Origin: an uncultured Methanosarcinales archaeon
GTDB lineage: Archaea; Halobacteriota; Methanosarcinia; Methanotrichales; Methanotrichaceae
Assembly (NCBI GenBank): GCA_963843555.1
Contig: CAWJKV010000007.1
Coordinates: 64,001-128,000 of the forward strand
Length of the DNA: 64,000 nt
Reading direction: 5' to 3'
In this document: piece by piece, positions 44,377 through 55,690 of the stretch
How the letters are laid out: every line of letters begins with the position of its first letter
How positions within the stretch are numbered: the stretch's first letter is position 1
Program-made: the position numbers and the translations under genes
Notes under the pieces: generated by a model
Seen by the model: only the letters and a program-made list of their open reading frames with translations
What the model was told of the DNA's origin: nothing
Database searches by the model: none

Positions 44377-46671
44377 TCAGACTGGTTGGAGAGGAGCTGC
44401 TCCTCTCACAAGGCCTGTGATCAATGAGAATCCTTCACCGCCAGTCCCGGAATTCCTGGGCCAAATATCGACGCTCCAATTTCCTTTTGCAGGCTTATGC
44501 AGGAAATAGTAATCATAGTTGGAGCCTATCAGGTGCGATACATTCTGATCGTCACCCTCCAGAGGTAAAGCGATTCCATTCGGCTGAATCAGGACTACTG
44601 TGAATGGACTGGCTTGCCAGGAGAGCCCGATCATCTCTGCCTGATCAGACATCGAGAGATCGCTTTGGTTTCCCGAAACAGTCTGGTTCTGTCCCAGCAA
44701 TCTCACGAATCGCAGAGGCGGTGCACTTGAATATGCGATACCATTCTCCACCTTCAAAGTTTCAAGAGCTGTAACCTTGGCCCCCCAGGGCAGAGTTACA
44801 ACTGATCCGGCAGGAATGGTGTAGTTGTAAGATTCGGTGGGCTGACTGGTTTTGTAGGGCTCAGTATAGGGAGCGACATAGGGGTAGGGATAGGCATAGG
44901 GATAGTTATAGTAGGGATATTGACAGAAGCCATTGATGCACGTCTTTCCCGGCTCGCAGACCACAAGTGCGTGTATGCAGCCCCAGACACTATCGCAATA
45001 GTCTATAGTGCAGGGATTGCCGTCGTCACAACTTTTCTGCTTATGGACACAATTACCATTGCCGTCACAATAGTCGGTTGTGCAGCTTTTGCCGTCATTA
45101 CAATTTTTCGGGACATTCTTGCACCCCGTGACTGGATCGCAGGAATCGACGGTGCAGGGATTCTTGTCGTCACAGTTTTTCGATTTATGCACACAAGCGG
45201 TTCCATTGTAGGAGTCCGTGGTGCAAGCGCTACCATCATCACAGCTTGTCAGGATGTGAACGCAATTCCCTTCATAGCAGTAATCGAAGGTGGTGGCATT
45301 TCCGTCGTCGCAATCCTTCGGAGTGTGCACGCATGCCTTCCCATTGAAGGTATCGATGGTGCACAAATCGCTATCATTGCAGTCTGGTTGATGATGCTTG
45401 GCCGAGAATGCTTGACTGGCCGAGATTGACTGATTCGAGAACTCGGTTGTGATGTTATCTTCGCTATTGATAACGATGGGCTCATTAATGCAAGCTCCGG
45501 CTTGGCAGGAATCGAGAGTGCTGTCATTTCCATCATCGCAATTCCTTGGCATGTAAATGCAGGCTGCGCCGTTGTAGCTATCTATGGTGCAGGGATCGCC
45601 GTCATCACAGATTATCTCGGTCGATACATTCTCTTTGTCGCTTTGAGATTCGTTGCTGGTAACATTCTCTTCATTGAATGTAGACCAATATCTGTCTTCA
45701 GAAACACCTGGCTCCCAGGGTTCGAAGGCACCTGCATTTCCGCTATCATTGCTTAATGGCGCTCTTGCACAACTACAGGAGCCGGATGCATCGGCAATGC
45801 CTGCGTTCCCGTCATCACAGATCATAGGATCATGAACACAGCCATTTGCACCACAGTTGTCCATGGTGCAGGGGTTGCCGTCATCGCAGTTCAAGAGATC
45901 ATGAACACAGCCGTTTGCACCACAGTAATCATGGTGCAGGGGTTGCCGTCATCGCAGTTCAACAGGATCATGAACACAGCCGTTTGCACCACAGTAATCA
46001 GTGGTACAGGGGTTGCCGTCATCGCAGTTCACAGGATCATGAACACAGCCATTTGGACCGCAGTTATCAGTGGTACAGGGATTGCCGTCATCGCAGTTCA
46101 TGGGATCATGAACACAGCCATTTGGGCCGCAGTAGTCCATAGTACAGGGGTTGCCGTCATCGCAGTTCATGGGATCATGAACACAGCCATTTGGTCCGCA
46201 GTAGTCCATAGTGCAGGGATTGCCGTCATCGCAGTTCATGGGATCATGAACACAGCCATTTGGTCCGCAGTAGTCCATAGTACATGGATTCCGGTCATCG
46301 CAATTCACAGGATCGTGAACACAGCCATTTGGGCCGTAATAATCCCTGGTACATGGGTTGCCGTCGCTGCAGTTCACCAATGCAGGGGCAGCCCCTCCTC
46401 CCCCGAAAGTCACATTCGTAAAGGGGTTGAAGCTCCCAATTCGTCCTAGCTGGTTGATATTGGCGTTCATTCCATAAGCATTCCGCGTAGACTGGCTCCT
46501 GTCCTCGCAATTCGTCATGGGGACATGCTGGCATTCAGTTCCATTGCAGTAGTCCTTAGTGCAGGAATCTCTGTCATCACATTCTCCGCATTGCGCCGAA
46601 ACGCAGGATGGAAATAATAATGACAAGAGAATAAATATTGGGATATATCTGCAAAGCTTACCTTTAACCAT
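44377..46671 (-). CDS. Large secreted Cys-rich repeat protein (CDDGNPCTxDxC, Dictyostelium-type repeats), about 765 aa
   Basis: ORFs 45949-46788 and 44377-45894 share a frame and are separated only by compensating indels at about 45961 and 45930; signal peptide; about 18 repeats. Confidence 0.85.
45810..46376. repeat. 69-bp coding tandem repeat, 8 copies
   Basis: ATCRTGAACACAGCC recurs at 45829, 45898, 45967, 46036, 46105, 46174, 46243 and 46312. Confidence 0.95.
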
Positions 46672-46745
46672 ATTTTTTACCACACTTTTCACTCCCATAT
46701 AAGTCGAAGAATCCTTTTTATTTCTAACTTTCGCTCTTAGGAGTA

Positions 46746-47594
46746 TCATCCACAGGGTGGCGGTTCTGTGGACTCCAACTTCTTCCACATTCGCACCGCA
46801 TGATTTCCCCGCCCATAATAGTTCCTGACCAGCTCCCTCTCCTGGTAGCCTGCTTTTCGGTAGAGCTCCAGAGCACCTGGCTTTTCCAGAGCGGCCTCCA
46901 GGCGGACGGCCTTTGCACCCAATTTGGCAAGCTCCTTCTCCAAAGCCTTTATGAGCTCGCTGCCTATGCCTTTCCTCCGGTAACCGGTATGAACATCCAA
47001 TGTATAAACGGCACCTGCGTTTCCGCTGGTGTATCCCATGACAAAGCCCAGGACCTTTTCCTCAGGCTCACAGGCCACCAGAGCCACAGCGTAGCGGATG
47101 AGGTAGGCAAACATCCCGGGAGGGAAGGCGGTCTCCTCCGGGAAGCAGAGCCCTTCGATCTGCACGATCTGGGCCAGATCCTTGGGCTCTGCTTTGCGTA
47201 TCTTCATTTCTTTATCAGGGATTGGTCTTGCTACCTGTCTCACCACATTGGCATAATTCCCAAAAACCTCAGGGATATCGATAGTTCCAATCACATCCAC
47301 GACGCCAATGGCGGCAATGGCCCGTCCTTCTACTATTATGGGTGCGACAGATACCGGCACTCCCGCGTAGGCTCCACTCTCCGGAACGGTGCGAATGGCC
47401 TTGCCGGTCCTGATGACCTCTTCCAGGACCGGGCCGCTGTAGCTCTTATCCAGAACCTTGCCTTTTTCTACCCGGACTCCCGGATATTTCGAGCCGCGCA
47501 TGGTTACGGGAAGCTGGATGATCTCGTTGAGCGCGAGAGCGAGATCTGCCAGATCCTCAGACCTGGCCTCTTCAGATATCACGAGCCTGGACAT
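46746..47594 (-). CDS. DUF2111-like domain in frame with a RimI-like GNAT acetyltransferase
   Basis: LPVTMR..GVRVEKGKV..YSGPVLEEV..AIAAIGVVD, then MKIRKAEPKDL..LDVHTGYRRKGIG..LYRKAGY..NYY. Confidence 0.75.
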   Translation of the reverse strand: MSRLVISEEARSEDLADLALALNEIIQLPVTMRGSKYPGVRVEKGKVLDKSYSGPVLEEVIRTGKAIRTVPESGAYAGVPVSVAPIIVEGRAIAAIGVVDVIGTIDIPEVFGNYANVVRQVARPIPDKEMKIRKAEPKDLAQIVQIEGLCFPEETAFPPGMFAYLIRYAVALVACEPEEKVLGFVMGYTSGNAGAVYTLDVHTGYRRKGIGSELIKALEKELAKLGAKAVRLEAALEKPGALELYRKAGYQERELVRNYYGRGNHAVRMWKKLESTEPPPCG

Positions 47595-48145
47595 GTCAGC
47601 AATATTTGGCTGCAATATCAAATAAATGCTGCCCTTATCGAGAGTCCAATTTTGACTCCGATCAGTCCAAGACGGATCCAGGGTCGCCTGACTAAAACAT
47701 GCTGAAGGTTAATGATCTCGAAGCACAGACATGATAGGCAAATCGCGCATTGCTCGATCAGTTTCATCTCAATTACATCGGAGATGCCGTAGAAATGCCA
47801 CAGAACTGTTCTGAGGTGAACATCAAGACTTGCAGGTTAAGCGTGGCACTTATGCAGCACCAACAGAGTGCTTAATCCTATTCTGGCAAAGTCTTCATTC
47901 AGCTACCATAAGAATGAAGATCAAGTAAAACTGAGTGGTTGCTGATATCGATCAATTGATCTTGATGCTATCGATTCCGGCAAAGGCAGAACTTGGAGCG
48001 CAACATGAGAGGTTTGAGACGAGAAGAGTCCTTATAATAATATCTTGCAGTTTAAAGCATATCGAAAAAAAGAGAGATTGGATTACAGGTTATACGCACC
48101 TATAGATGAGGATCAACCTGTATATCTCAGCTCCTTTACCTTACC

Positions 48146-49631
48146 CTACTTCTTCGGATCGAACTTTATTGCCCTATCGTACACTATCTCTGAGTAGGAC
48201 GGCCCGGTCTTTGTAGCCTTTTCCAGATAGCTCCTCCAGGCAATGAAGAGCGGTTGATCCAGACCTATGCCGTAGGCTCCCGGACCAGTGGGAACCTCAA
48301 AGCAGTGTGGATCGCCATTGCAATTTCTGGCAATCTTGTAGACATAGAGGTATTTCGCGTTGGGATTGTCGGGCAGGTATTCCTCAGCAGTTCCATTAAA
48401 TTCAGCGTCATGGATTGCTCCAACACCATTCCATGCATCTGCTCCATAGAGGACAAAGTTCTCGTACGTCGCTTTTCCTGTGGCTACATGGTTAACCCCA
48501 TAGACGATTATGAACTCATTGGTATCGTTGCCCAAAGTAATCGCTGGATTCGGCATGAAATCATAGTACTGCGAGAGATTAGGGAATGGAGGTGTCGGCG
48601 AATTCGGAGTTCGGGTTGATGTCCATAGATAGCAGGCATCGTTGTCAGGGCCTAAGGCATCGATTCCTCTCTGGATAGCATCACTTCCCGATGGGACTGC
48701 TATACTAGTTGGAAGCTCTGTAGCGTTCAAATCGCTATATTTATTGAGAATAGCATTCCTCAGCTGTTCGAGATCATCCATAAGGTCAAACTCTGTTTTA
48801 CCCGTTCCACGAACCTTTAGTTCTGGATATTTATACGGATCCAGGCTTTGTAGATTCGTTGGGAGTTATGCGGAAAACAGTTGCAGGTGTGTTATTGAGG
48901 TAGTTATCGCCAGCTTGCTTATCTTTGTATAGTGCTGGGCGAATTAACATTATAAAATTATCGGAGCTATTCTCTAAGCCCATATTCAGGACGGCTGAGG
49001 GAAGCGCCTGAGTATTAAATATGCCGCTTGGATATCCTGCTGATAACGCAGCAGCCCGGATGCGTTGATCAATGCCTCTGTCGGCCGTAGCGACTATCAC
49101 AGTAGTTTGATTAAATGGATTTCCAGCCGACCCATTGGGCGTCCCTTCAGTATTGATCACCAAGTTGTTTACTGTATCGGCCAAGTTGGCAAAGATCCAT
49201 CGTGTCTCATTTCCATATGTCCTAGACAACAAATAATGATCGAAACTAAAGTATCTACATTCTGGTGGCGTTCTTCCTACGAAAACAACGGCTTCATCTG
49301 GACCAATAGTCCAAAAAGCAGATGTGTCCTGACCCATTCCAAGTGCTTTGGTTATTCTAGAAAACAGCTCAGGTACGTTACGGCCAGGCGCAGGTGGAAC
49401 AAAATATGTCAAATATCTTGTGCTGGGGTTGTTTCCATATGCAGAAGGCAACACTCCTGTGTCGTATAACTTGATTATATCCAAATAACCTATCCTGCCT
49501 TGTTGTACAGTGAATCCATCTTTTTCTAAGGTCTGTTTAAAAGTTGTTACGTTACCTATGTCCACATTCTCTGCATGGCATGCTCCTATTAACATGGCAA
49601 ATAAAATTGCCAATATTATATAGACTCTCAT
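48146..49631 (-). CDS. Secreted hypothetical protein of about 495 aa, one indel at about 48843
   Basis: Signal peptide; removing one base gives KLDPYKYPELKVRGTG and joins ORF 48146-48781. Confidence 0.75.
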
Positions 49632-49867
49632 ATATTATATTCCTCCTAAGTTAATTTATCATTAGTTATCATCATACCTACAAAAATCTTTGGACACGTT
49701 GTCGAAGCAATGTATTGAATAAATGGTGAGCAAACGAATAATAGTGCGGGGGTCTCATCCCCCGCACCTTGATATCAGCAGCGGTAAATTTCGCTCAATG
49801 TTTCTTACCAGTAATAAATGCGGGGCAGCATTCTATGTCTATCTCTTAAATCGACCATACATGTTAT

Positions 49868-50506
49868 ATGAAGGAATTCATTAAGATGTTCGGCATGGAT
49901 GAGAAGGAGTATTATAAAAAGTGTAAAACCCCCTCCACTTGGTATTTTGCTGGGTGTCAAATGTATAACGCGGCTGTTACTCTTTTAGATATATGGACGG
50001 ATGCTATAAACAAACCGATACCACGTATACCTATTTCCCCAACCACTGAAGAATTAAATGCAATTACGGAACACCTTTCGAAATGTTGCGACTTATTTCC
50101 TGTCTATATGATGCTCATGGGCTACGCACTTGAGAACATGTCGAAAGGCTTAGAGCTTATGGAAAAAACCAAACCTGGTGGCGACCTGGCGGGTCGCTCG
50201 AACCTAACCGTTAAAAATCTAGGTTTTGGTGGCAAAAGAGGCCATGAAACTTTAGAAAGGCTGGACAGGTTAGAAATATCTCTTGATCCAGATGAGAGAG
50301 AAGCAGTTCAAATCGCTGTTGATCATGTCATTTGGGCGGGCAGATATGGTATTCCGATGAATCCTGGAAAGCATGCCTCGGATAACATGCCTGATGTCAT
50401 CAAAGAACGACGAAAATATGCCGATGCACTAAAACCCCTTTTCGACAGGCTTTATGAAAAATATAGAGAAAGGGCTTTTCTCTACTTCGGTTCGATATTG
50501 GATTGA
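49868..50506 (+). CDS. HEPN-superfamily-like helical protein
   Basis: Pattern W..A..M..AA / MLMGYALENMSKG / GHETLERL / WAGRYGIP resembles the HEPN E..K, H.L..L, RYP layout. Confidence 0.6.
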   Translation: MKEFIKMFGMDEKEYYKKCKTPSTWYFAGCQMYNAAVTLLDIWTDAINKPIPRIPISPTTEELNAITEHLSKCCDLFPVYMMLMGYALENMSKGLELMEKTKPGGDLAGRSNLTVKNLGFGGKRGHETLERLDRLEISLDPDEREAVQIAVDHVIWAGRYGIPMNPGKHASDNMPDVIKERRKYADALKPLFDRLYEKYRERAFLYFGSILD

Positions 50507-51022
50507 AAGGCATTTCAACGCATCCAGTCTGCATGTTGTATATACTCACTTATACTGTCAAAGAGACCATTGCAGGGCCTACAAATATTTTTATAGATAC
50601 ATTCCTGGACTCGTTACCCCTGATGTTGCGCTCTGGATTGTGGGCTACTAATTTGGTTCTAGACGATGCTGCTTTTTCGATAGCTGGCAATTGTCGATAA
50701 TTGATTCCATAGTGTATGGAATAGGAACTTTGCCAGAAGCGAAAATAGGGCCTGTTAAGAGAATGCCAAAAAGAGAGATGGATTCTTGCAGGTTACACAT
50801 ATTTACTTTTTGCAATACCGATCTCCTTCTTCAGTCCTTTTTGGTGGGATGCAAAAGGGAAGTATTTAACTAAGATATGCAGAATAAGCGAACATGGACG
50901 AAAAGAAGCCGTTTATGCCCAAAATCGAAAGGCCAGATATGCAGGAATTCCTTGATAGTCTTCCAAAACCGGTATTTCCAATAGAGGAAAAAACGATTAT
51001 AGGGAAAAACGTTACCGTGTTC

Positions 51023-52481
51023 CATCGGTCATCGGTTAAGACCACCACTCAGCTCTGAAGCGTTCGCGATTGACATGAGGATCGAGAGCCTGACTACCAT
51101 AAACACCTAAACTAGTTTCTAAAGTCTTGGTTATTCCTAGATGTCGCAAGATGAGGGTAAGTTGATCGCCCGCATTTTCTGCGAAAACAATGCTCCATCT
51201 AAGCTGAGTAAAACGTATTATATTTTTTTCTGCATGATATTTTCTTACGTTGTAATATGTCCTCCTGCTAACGAGGAGTGTTAGAATTGCAACCCAGATT
51301 AGGGCTTCGATTATCTGAGGATTTTTGGTGTTAATGACGTCAAGTGCATACCTGCTCTTCAGTTCCTTGAACATTAATTCGATATCCCAGCGCGCTCCGT
51401 AAAGTTTTCCAATATCTTCTGGCTCCAGAATATCTGAATTAATATTAGTAATATATGTATGATATTTTTCATCCTCTTCATTATGTATAGCCACGAGACG
51501 AAATCGATGTGTATCGGATTTACTGATTCCTTTGTAGGATCTACGCTTGAAGGTTACTTCGATTTCAACATCCAGTATTTGTCTTTTAAGTTTTGGTAGT
51601 ATGTCTTGGAGATAGGCTCCGGACACGTCGATAGTCTGACCTCTCCAGGTTCTATTCGCCTTAATGATTAATGGATTGGAGTTTTCTTTTAGACGAGAGA
51701 CGAAATAGCCACCATTTTCAGCAATTCTCGAAAATAGTTGATATTTATAGAAACCAAGATCAAAGAGGAGAATTTTGTCTTTTATCCAAGGCCCAACACG
51801 GATTGTCTTTAGCTCATTAGTGCTTTCTGAATGAAGTGAGACACTCTCAGGAGTGTTTCCTTTTGCACTTACAAGGATCGAAACTTTTAGGCCCGCTGCT
51901 TCTTTCTTTGATCGTGCCGCAGGGTATAGCTTGGATAAGCTCGCATGAAGCCGGACTATTGTGCTATCTTGGATTAGGATATCGCTAAATTTAATTAATT
52001 TTTTATTAATGTTGTGGCTTTGTTCCTGAGCTAGATATTCAATTCCATGGAGCACGCAAGCTTTAAGAAAAGCTACGAGTTCCGGAGTAAAGCGGTAATA
52101 CCAGCTGCTGTCGCTCAAATTATCTTGGGACTCTTTTTCATAGCTGCGCTTTAAACTCGCTAATGTTCTCTGAAGACGGACGCCGAAATTCAAAGTCAGA
52201 ACCCAAAACATCACTACTGCATCAATTTTACGTTCACGTTTTATTAATCCAGTCTCAATTGCGGTCTTTCTTAAAAACTCCGGCGAAAACATAGAGCATA
52301 GATCCCTCTCTATGATGCTTTGATCTGTAATTGAGCTATCTGTGACCATTAGCTACTCTCCGAGATAGAAATAAGATCACAGCGCCTATATAAAACTAAA
52401 CTTGATCCGAAAACAATTTCAGTACAAAGCGGAAAATAGATCTAGGCAATTTGCCTTTTCGTCCTTAAACGATGACCGATG
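51023..52481 (-). mobile_element. Complete IS4-family (ISH8-like) insertion sequence, 1459 bp
   Basis: 18-bp TIRs CATCGGTCATCG(G/T)TTAAG with one mismatch; 10-bp TSD TACCGTGTTC at 51013-51022 and 52482-52491. Confidence 0.95.
51036..52349 (-). CDS. IS4-family transposase, intact
   Basis: IQDST, LFDLGFY, YGARWDIELMFKELK (YREK signature). Confidence 0.95.
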   Translation of the reverse strand: MVTDSSITDQSIIERDLCSMFSPEFLRKTAIETGLIKRERKIDAVVMFWVLTLNFGVRLQRTLASLKRSYEKESQDNLSDSSWYYRFTPELVAFLKACVLHGIEYLAQEQSHNINKKLIKFSDILIQDSTIVRLHASLSKLYPAARSKKEAAGLKVSILVSAKGNTPESVSLHSESTNELKTIRVGPWIKDKILLFDLGFYKYQLFSRIAENGGYFVSRLKENSNPLIIKANRTWRGQTIDVSGAYLQDILPKLKRQILDVEIEVTFKRRSYKGISKSDTHRFRLVAIHNEEDEKYHTYITNINSDILEPEDIGKLYGARWDIELMFKELKSRYALDVINTKNPQIIEALIWVAILTLLVSRRTYYNVRKYHAEKNIIRFTQLRWSIVFAENAGDQLTLILRHLGITKTLETSLGVYGSQALDPHVNRERFRAEWWS

Positions 52482-52839
52482 TACCGTGTTCACAATCGAT
52501 GGAAAAGAGACGACGGGAGTGGTTCAAAGCGCCCCATATTTTGGCCTTGCGCTCAAAAATGGCACCGGCAAAGTCATAGTATTTACAAATGCTATTACAT
52601 CCATACATTTTCATGAGCACGACAAATAAGCAAAAATGCCGCCCATTCCCCGCCGCTAGTATAGGCGTAGTATTGGTGCCGGTACTAGACCGCCCGCTGG
52701 GGAAATCCAACAGTTTTGAACAGCCTAGCTACTCTTTTGGGAGGAATGCCAAGCTCTCACCTTTATGACGGCCAGCCGAAGATGATAGCAGCAAGATCTT
52801 GTTTGAGACAGTTATCTTTTAATGCTTCTGCAAGCACAC

Positions 52840-53134
52840 TCATGTCCAAGTTGCCTCGCCACATCTCCGATACGAATCCCGGCATCCAACCACCATGAAG
52901 CGGCACTATGCCTGAGTAGATGTGGGATTATGCGTTTCCTGCTCCTCTGCAACACCGGAAGTTTATCTTGGAGCCCCGCTCTTGTGACGACCTCATCAAG
53001 AAGGCGTTGTACTTGTCATGAGCTTATATGGCCATCCTGACGACCCAGGAAGACGAACCCGGCCTCCCTACCATGTAAATAATCTTGCAAGGCTCCAAGG
53101 GTAGGCTTGGGCTTACAACGGTAGCTCTAGTCAT
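52840..53134 (-). pseudogene. Tyrosine recombinase/integrase fragment
   Basis: Manual translation LQDYLHGREAGFVF..HISS*QVQRLL..RIIPHLLRHSAASWWLDAGIRIGDVARQLGH; internal stop, no catalytic Tyr segment. Confidence 0.85.
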
Positions 53135-53318
53135 TCTAGCCAACATCTCCGTCTCCACAGGAGATCCGCCTGGCATGAAGCGGCCGGAGGGGCTGATGCC
53201 ATCGCTATCGGCCTCTGTGCAATAGTCGCTATTACTGTTGCCGCGATCCTTGCCGCCTGAGAGGAGATTGGAACCCGGATCTCCCGACCCGGCCCTCCTC
53301 CACAGATATCACGAGCCT

Positions 53319-54495
53319 TCAGCGTCCCTTCCTCTTCATCAGCCTGGCCTGGAAGCCATGGTATTTGGCAAATCCCTCTGCATCCTTCTGGCTCAGGGTC
53401 TGAGAGTCGAAGGAGACCATGTCCTGAGAGTAGAGCGCATCTGGCGACTGGCGGCCTATGGGCATAGCACTTCCGCAGAAGAGCTTCATCTTGACTGAGC
53501 CGTTCACCCTTCTTTGGGACTGATCCACAAAGGCATTCAGGTCGGCGTAGAGCGGGTCCTCCACCAGGCCCATGTAGGCCAGCTCAGACCAGAATTCATC
53601 CACCATGACCTTGAAGCGGAGCTCATTCCGGGATAAGACCAGACGCTCGAGGTCTTTATGTGCCGTGAGCAGGATCGTTGCCGCAGGATGCTCATAGTTC
53701 TCGCGCGCCTTCAGGCCCAGAACCCGGTCCTCAACCATGTCCGTCCTGCCCACGCCGTGCTCGCCTCCCATCTGATTGAGCTTCTCAATCAATCCCAGGC
53801 CGTCCATCTGCACTCCATCCAGTGAGACGGGAATGCCTTTTTCGAATCCTATCTCTACCACCTGAGACGGCCTGCTGGCATCAGGCGTTTTGGTCCAGCC
53901 GTAGATCTCCTCGGGCGGCTCGAAGTAGGGGTCCTCCAGCTTTCCTCCCTCAATGGACCGGGACCAGATATTCTCGTCGATCGACCAGGGCTTATCCTTG
54001 GTCACAGTCACTTCTATGCCGTGCTCGCGCGCATAATCGATCTCCCACTCGCGCGCCAGGTCCAGCTCTCGCATGGGCGCTATGACCCTGCAGTCCGTAG
54101 CCCGAAATATAGCCTCGAAACGGAGCTGGTCATTGCCGCGACCTGTGCACCCGTGCGCCAGGTTCTTTATGCCCAACTTCGCGGCGACTTCTACCGCTTT
54201 GCTGGCGATAAGAGGCCTGGCGATGGCTGTTCCCAGGACATATCCCTCGTATGAACCATTAGCTTTGATGAGCGGGAAGAGGCAGGTCTCCACAAACTCC
54301 ATTCTCTGCGTCTATTGTGTAATGCTCGTCCGCCAGTTGCTTTGCTCTGCGGTTTCCCCGCTCGATATCCGACCTTGGCTGGCCGACATCCACGAGAACG
54401 GTAACGATTTTATCAAATCCGTAGCGCTCCCGGAGGAGCGGTATACAAACAGATGTATCCAGGCCACCAGAATAGGCCAATACAACTTCAGACAC
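53319..54495 (-). CDS. argG: Argininosuccinate synthase, one indel at about 54300
   Basis: [49 protein letters not shown]. Confidence 0.95.
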
Positions 54496-54595
54496 TTTGG
54501 CAACACCACTTTCGTACAAGAGGCAGGTCAAATTTAACCTTAACTCTTCGTCTAGGCGATAACTCTATAACTGCCACGAAAAAAAAGGAGGAATA

Positions 54596-55690
54596 ATGAC
54601 CCAGCTGATCAAGACGGCCGCTCTTTGCGTGGACTTCGATCGGGATGCTCGGGCCTTGCAGGCTCACGGTGCCCTCGCGCGAATGATCCAGCCTGTTTTG
54701 AAGATGGTAAACCAGAGGCTAGCGGATGAGAAGCCTGCCCAGGTCAGGCTGAAGGATATCGTAGCCAGCACCTGGCTGCCGCCCATCCCCAGCGGCCCTT
54801 TTAAGAGGCTGCTTTTGAATGAGGCGAGGAGCGCAATAGGCCGAATGGTGCCCCAAACTCTCTCCATCGAGGTCACTAGGCTTTGCGGGGCAAAATGCGA
54901 TCATTGCCTTATAAAAGAGGGCGAGGGAGAGCTGAGCCATGAGGAGATTCTGCGCATTATCGACGAGGCCGTCGACATGGGCAGCTGCATCATAACCTTC
55001 ACAGAAGGCGATCCTCTTCTGCGAGAGGACATCTTTGAATTGATAAAGCATGTAGATCCAGAAAAAGCTGTGGTGAATCTCTTCACGCCCGGCCTGGATA
55101 TGACCATGGAAAAGGCTGTCAAGCTCAGAGAAGCAGGGCTTTATAATCTTATTATCGGTGTCTACAGCACCAATCCCGAGGAGCATGACAAGGTTCGGGG
55201 AGTAGCAGGGGCTCATGCCAGGGCATTAGAGGCCATTCGCATCGCTCTGGAAACGGGACTATTGGTCACCATGTCCTGCCATGTGCTGTCCGGGCAGGTG
55301 GATCGGATCGGGGAGCTCTACGAACTCGCCGCAGAGCTGGGAGTGCAGGAATTGTCCATATGGGAAGGCATGCCCAAGACTCCAGAAGAGCAATTGACTC
55401 AGATTGAGCGGGAGAAAATCGTAAACCTCTACCGGAAGATCAATGCCACCCCAGGAGGGCCGCGTCTCTTTGCCAATACCTATTTCGAGGGCGAGTTGCT
55501 GGGTTGCATGGCCGGAAGAAGGTGGCTGCATGTGGGCGTAGACGGCGGCATTAGAGCCTGTCCTTATTTGCAGGAGAGCTATGCCAATATTCATGAAACC
55601 TCCCTCAGAGATGCCTGGAAGGCAGTGAGGAGTTCGGGGCAGTTCGAGGGTTTTGTCTGCGATTGTCCTGCCCAAAATAGAGAGTTTTAA
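54596..55690 (+). CDS. Radical SAM protein with SPASM/twitch domain
   Basis: CGAKCDHC, FTEGDPLLR, GCMAGRRWLHV..G.IRACPY. Confidence 0.88.
   Translation: MTQLIKTAALCVDFDRDARALQAHGALARMIQPVLKMVNQRLADEKPAQVRLKDIVASTWLPPIPSGPFKRLLLNEARSAIGRMVPQTLSIEVTRLCGAKCDHCLIKEGEGELSHEEILRIIDEAVDMGSCIITFTEGDPLLREDIFELIKHVDPEKAVVNLFTPGLDMTMEKAVKLREAGLYNLIIGVYSTNPEEHDKVRGVAGAHARALEAIRIALETGLLVTMSCHVLSGQVDRIGELYELAAELGVQELSIWEGMPKTPEEQLTQIEREKIVNLYRKINATPGGPRLFANTYFEGELLGCMAGRRWLHVGVDGGIRACPYLQESYANIHETSLRDAWKAVRSSGQFEGFVCDCPAQNREF

Larger units (their letters stand above)
50894..52629 (+). pseudogene. Sm/Hfq-like gene (88 aa reconstructed) interrupted by an IS
   Basis: Joining 50894-51022 to 52492-52629 restores the frame: ...IIGKNVTVFTIDGKETTGVVQSAPYFGLALKNGTGKVIVFTNAITSIHFHEHDK*. 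Confidence 0.75.

Noticed and set aside
45810..46376. 69-bp periodicity resembling CRISPR repeat-spacer units or DGR repeats
   Set aside because: The whole unit is conserved and encodes Cys repeats; no reverse transcriptase or cas gene in the window.
47630..48140. 500-bp gap that might hide a gene or ncRNA
   Set aside because: No convincing ORF, motif or stable structure recognised by eye.
53250..53295. Minus-strand GGGTTCCAATCTCC resembling a tRNA 3' half (att site) beside the integrase remnant
   Set aside because: The T-stem does not pair and I found no second copy; the plus strand reads better as the hydrophobic 3' end of a lost gene (ADAIAIGLCAIVAITVAAILAA*).
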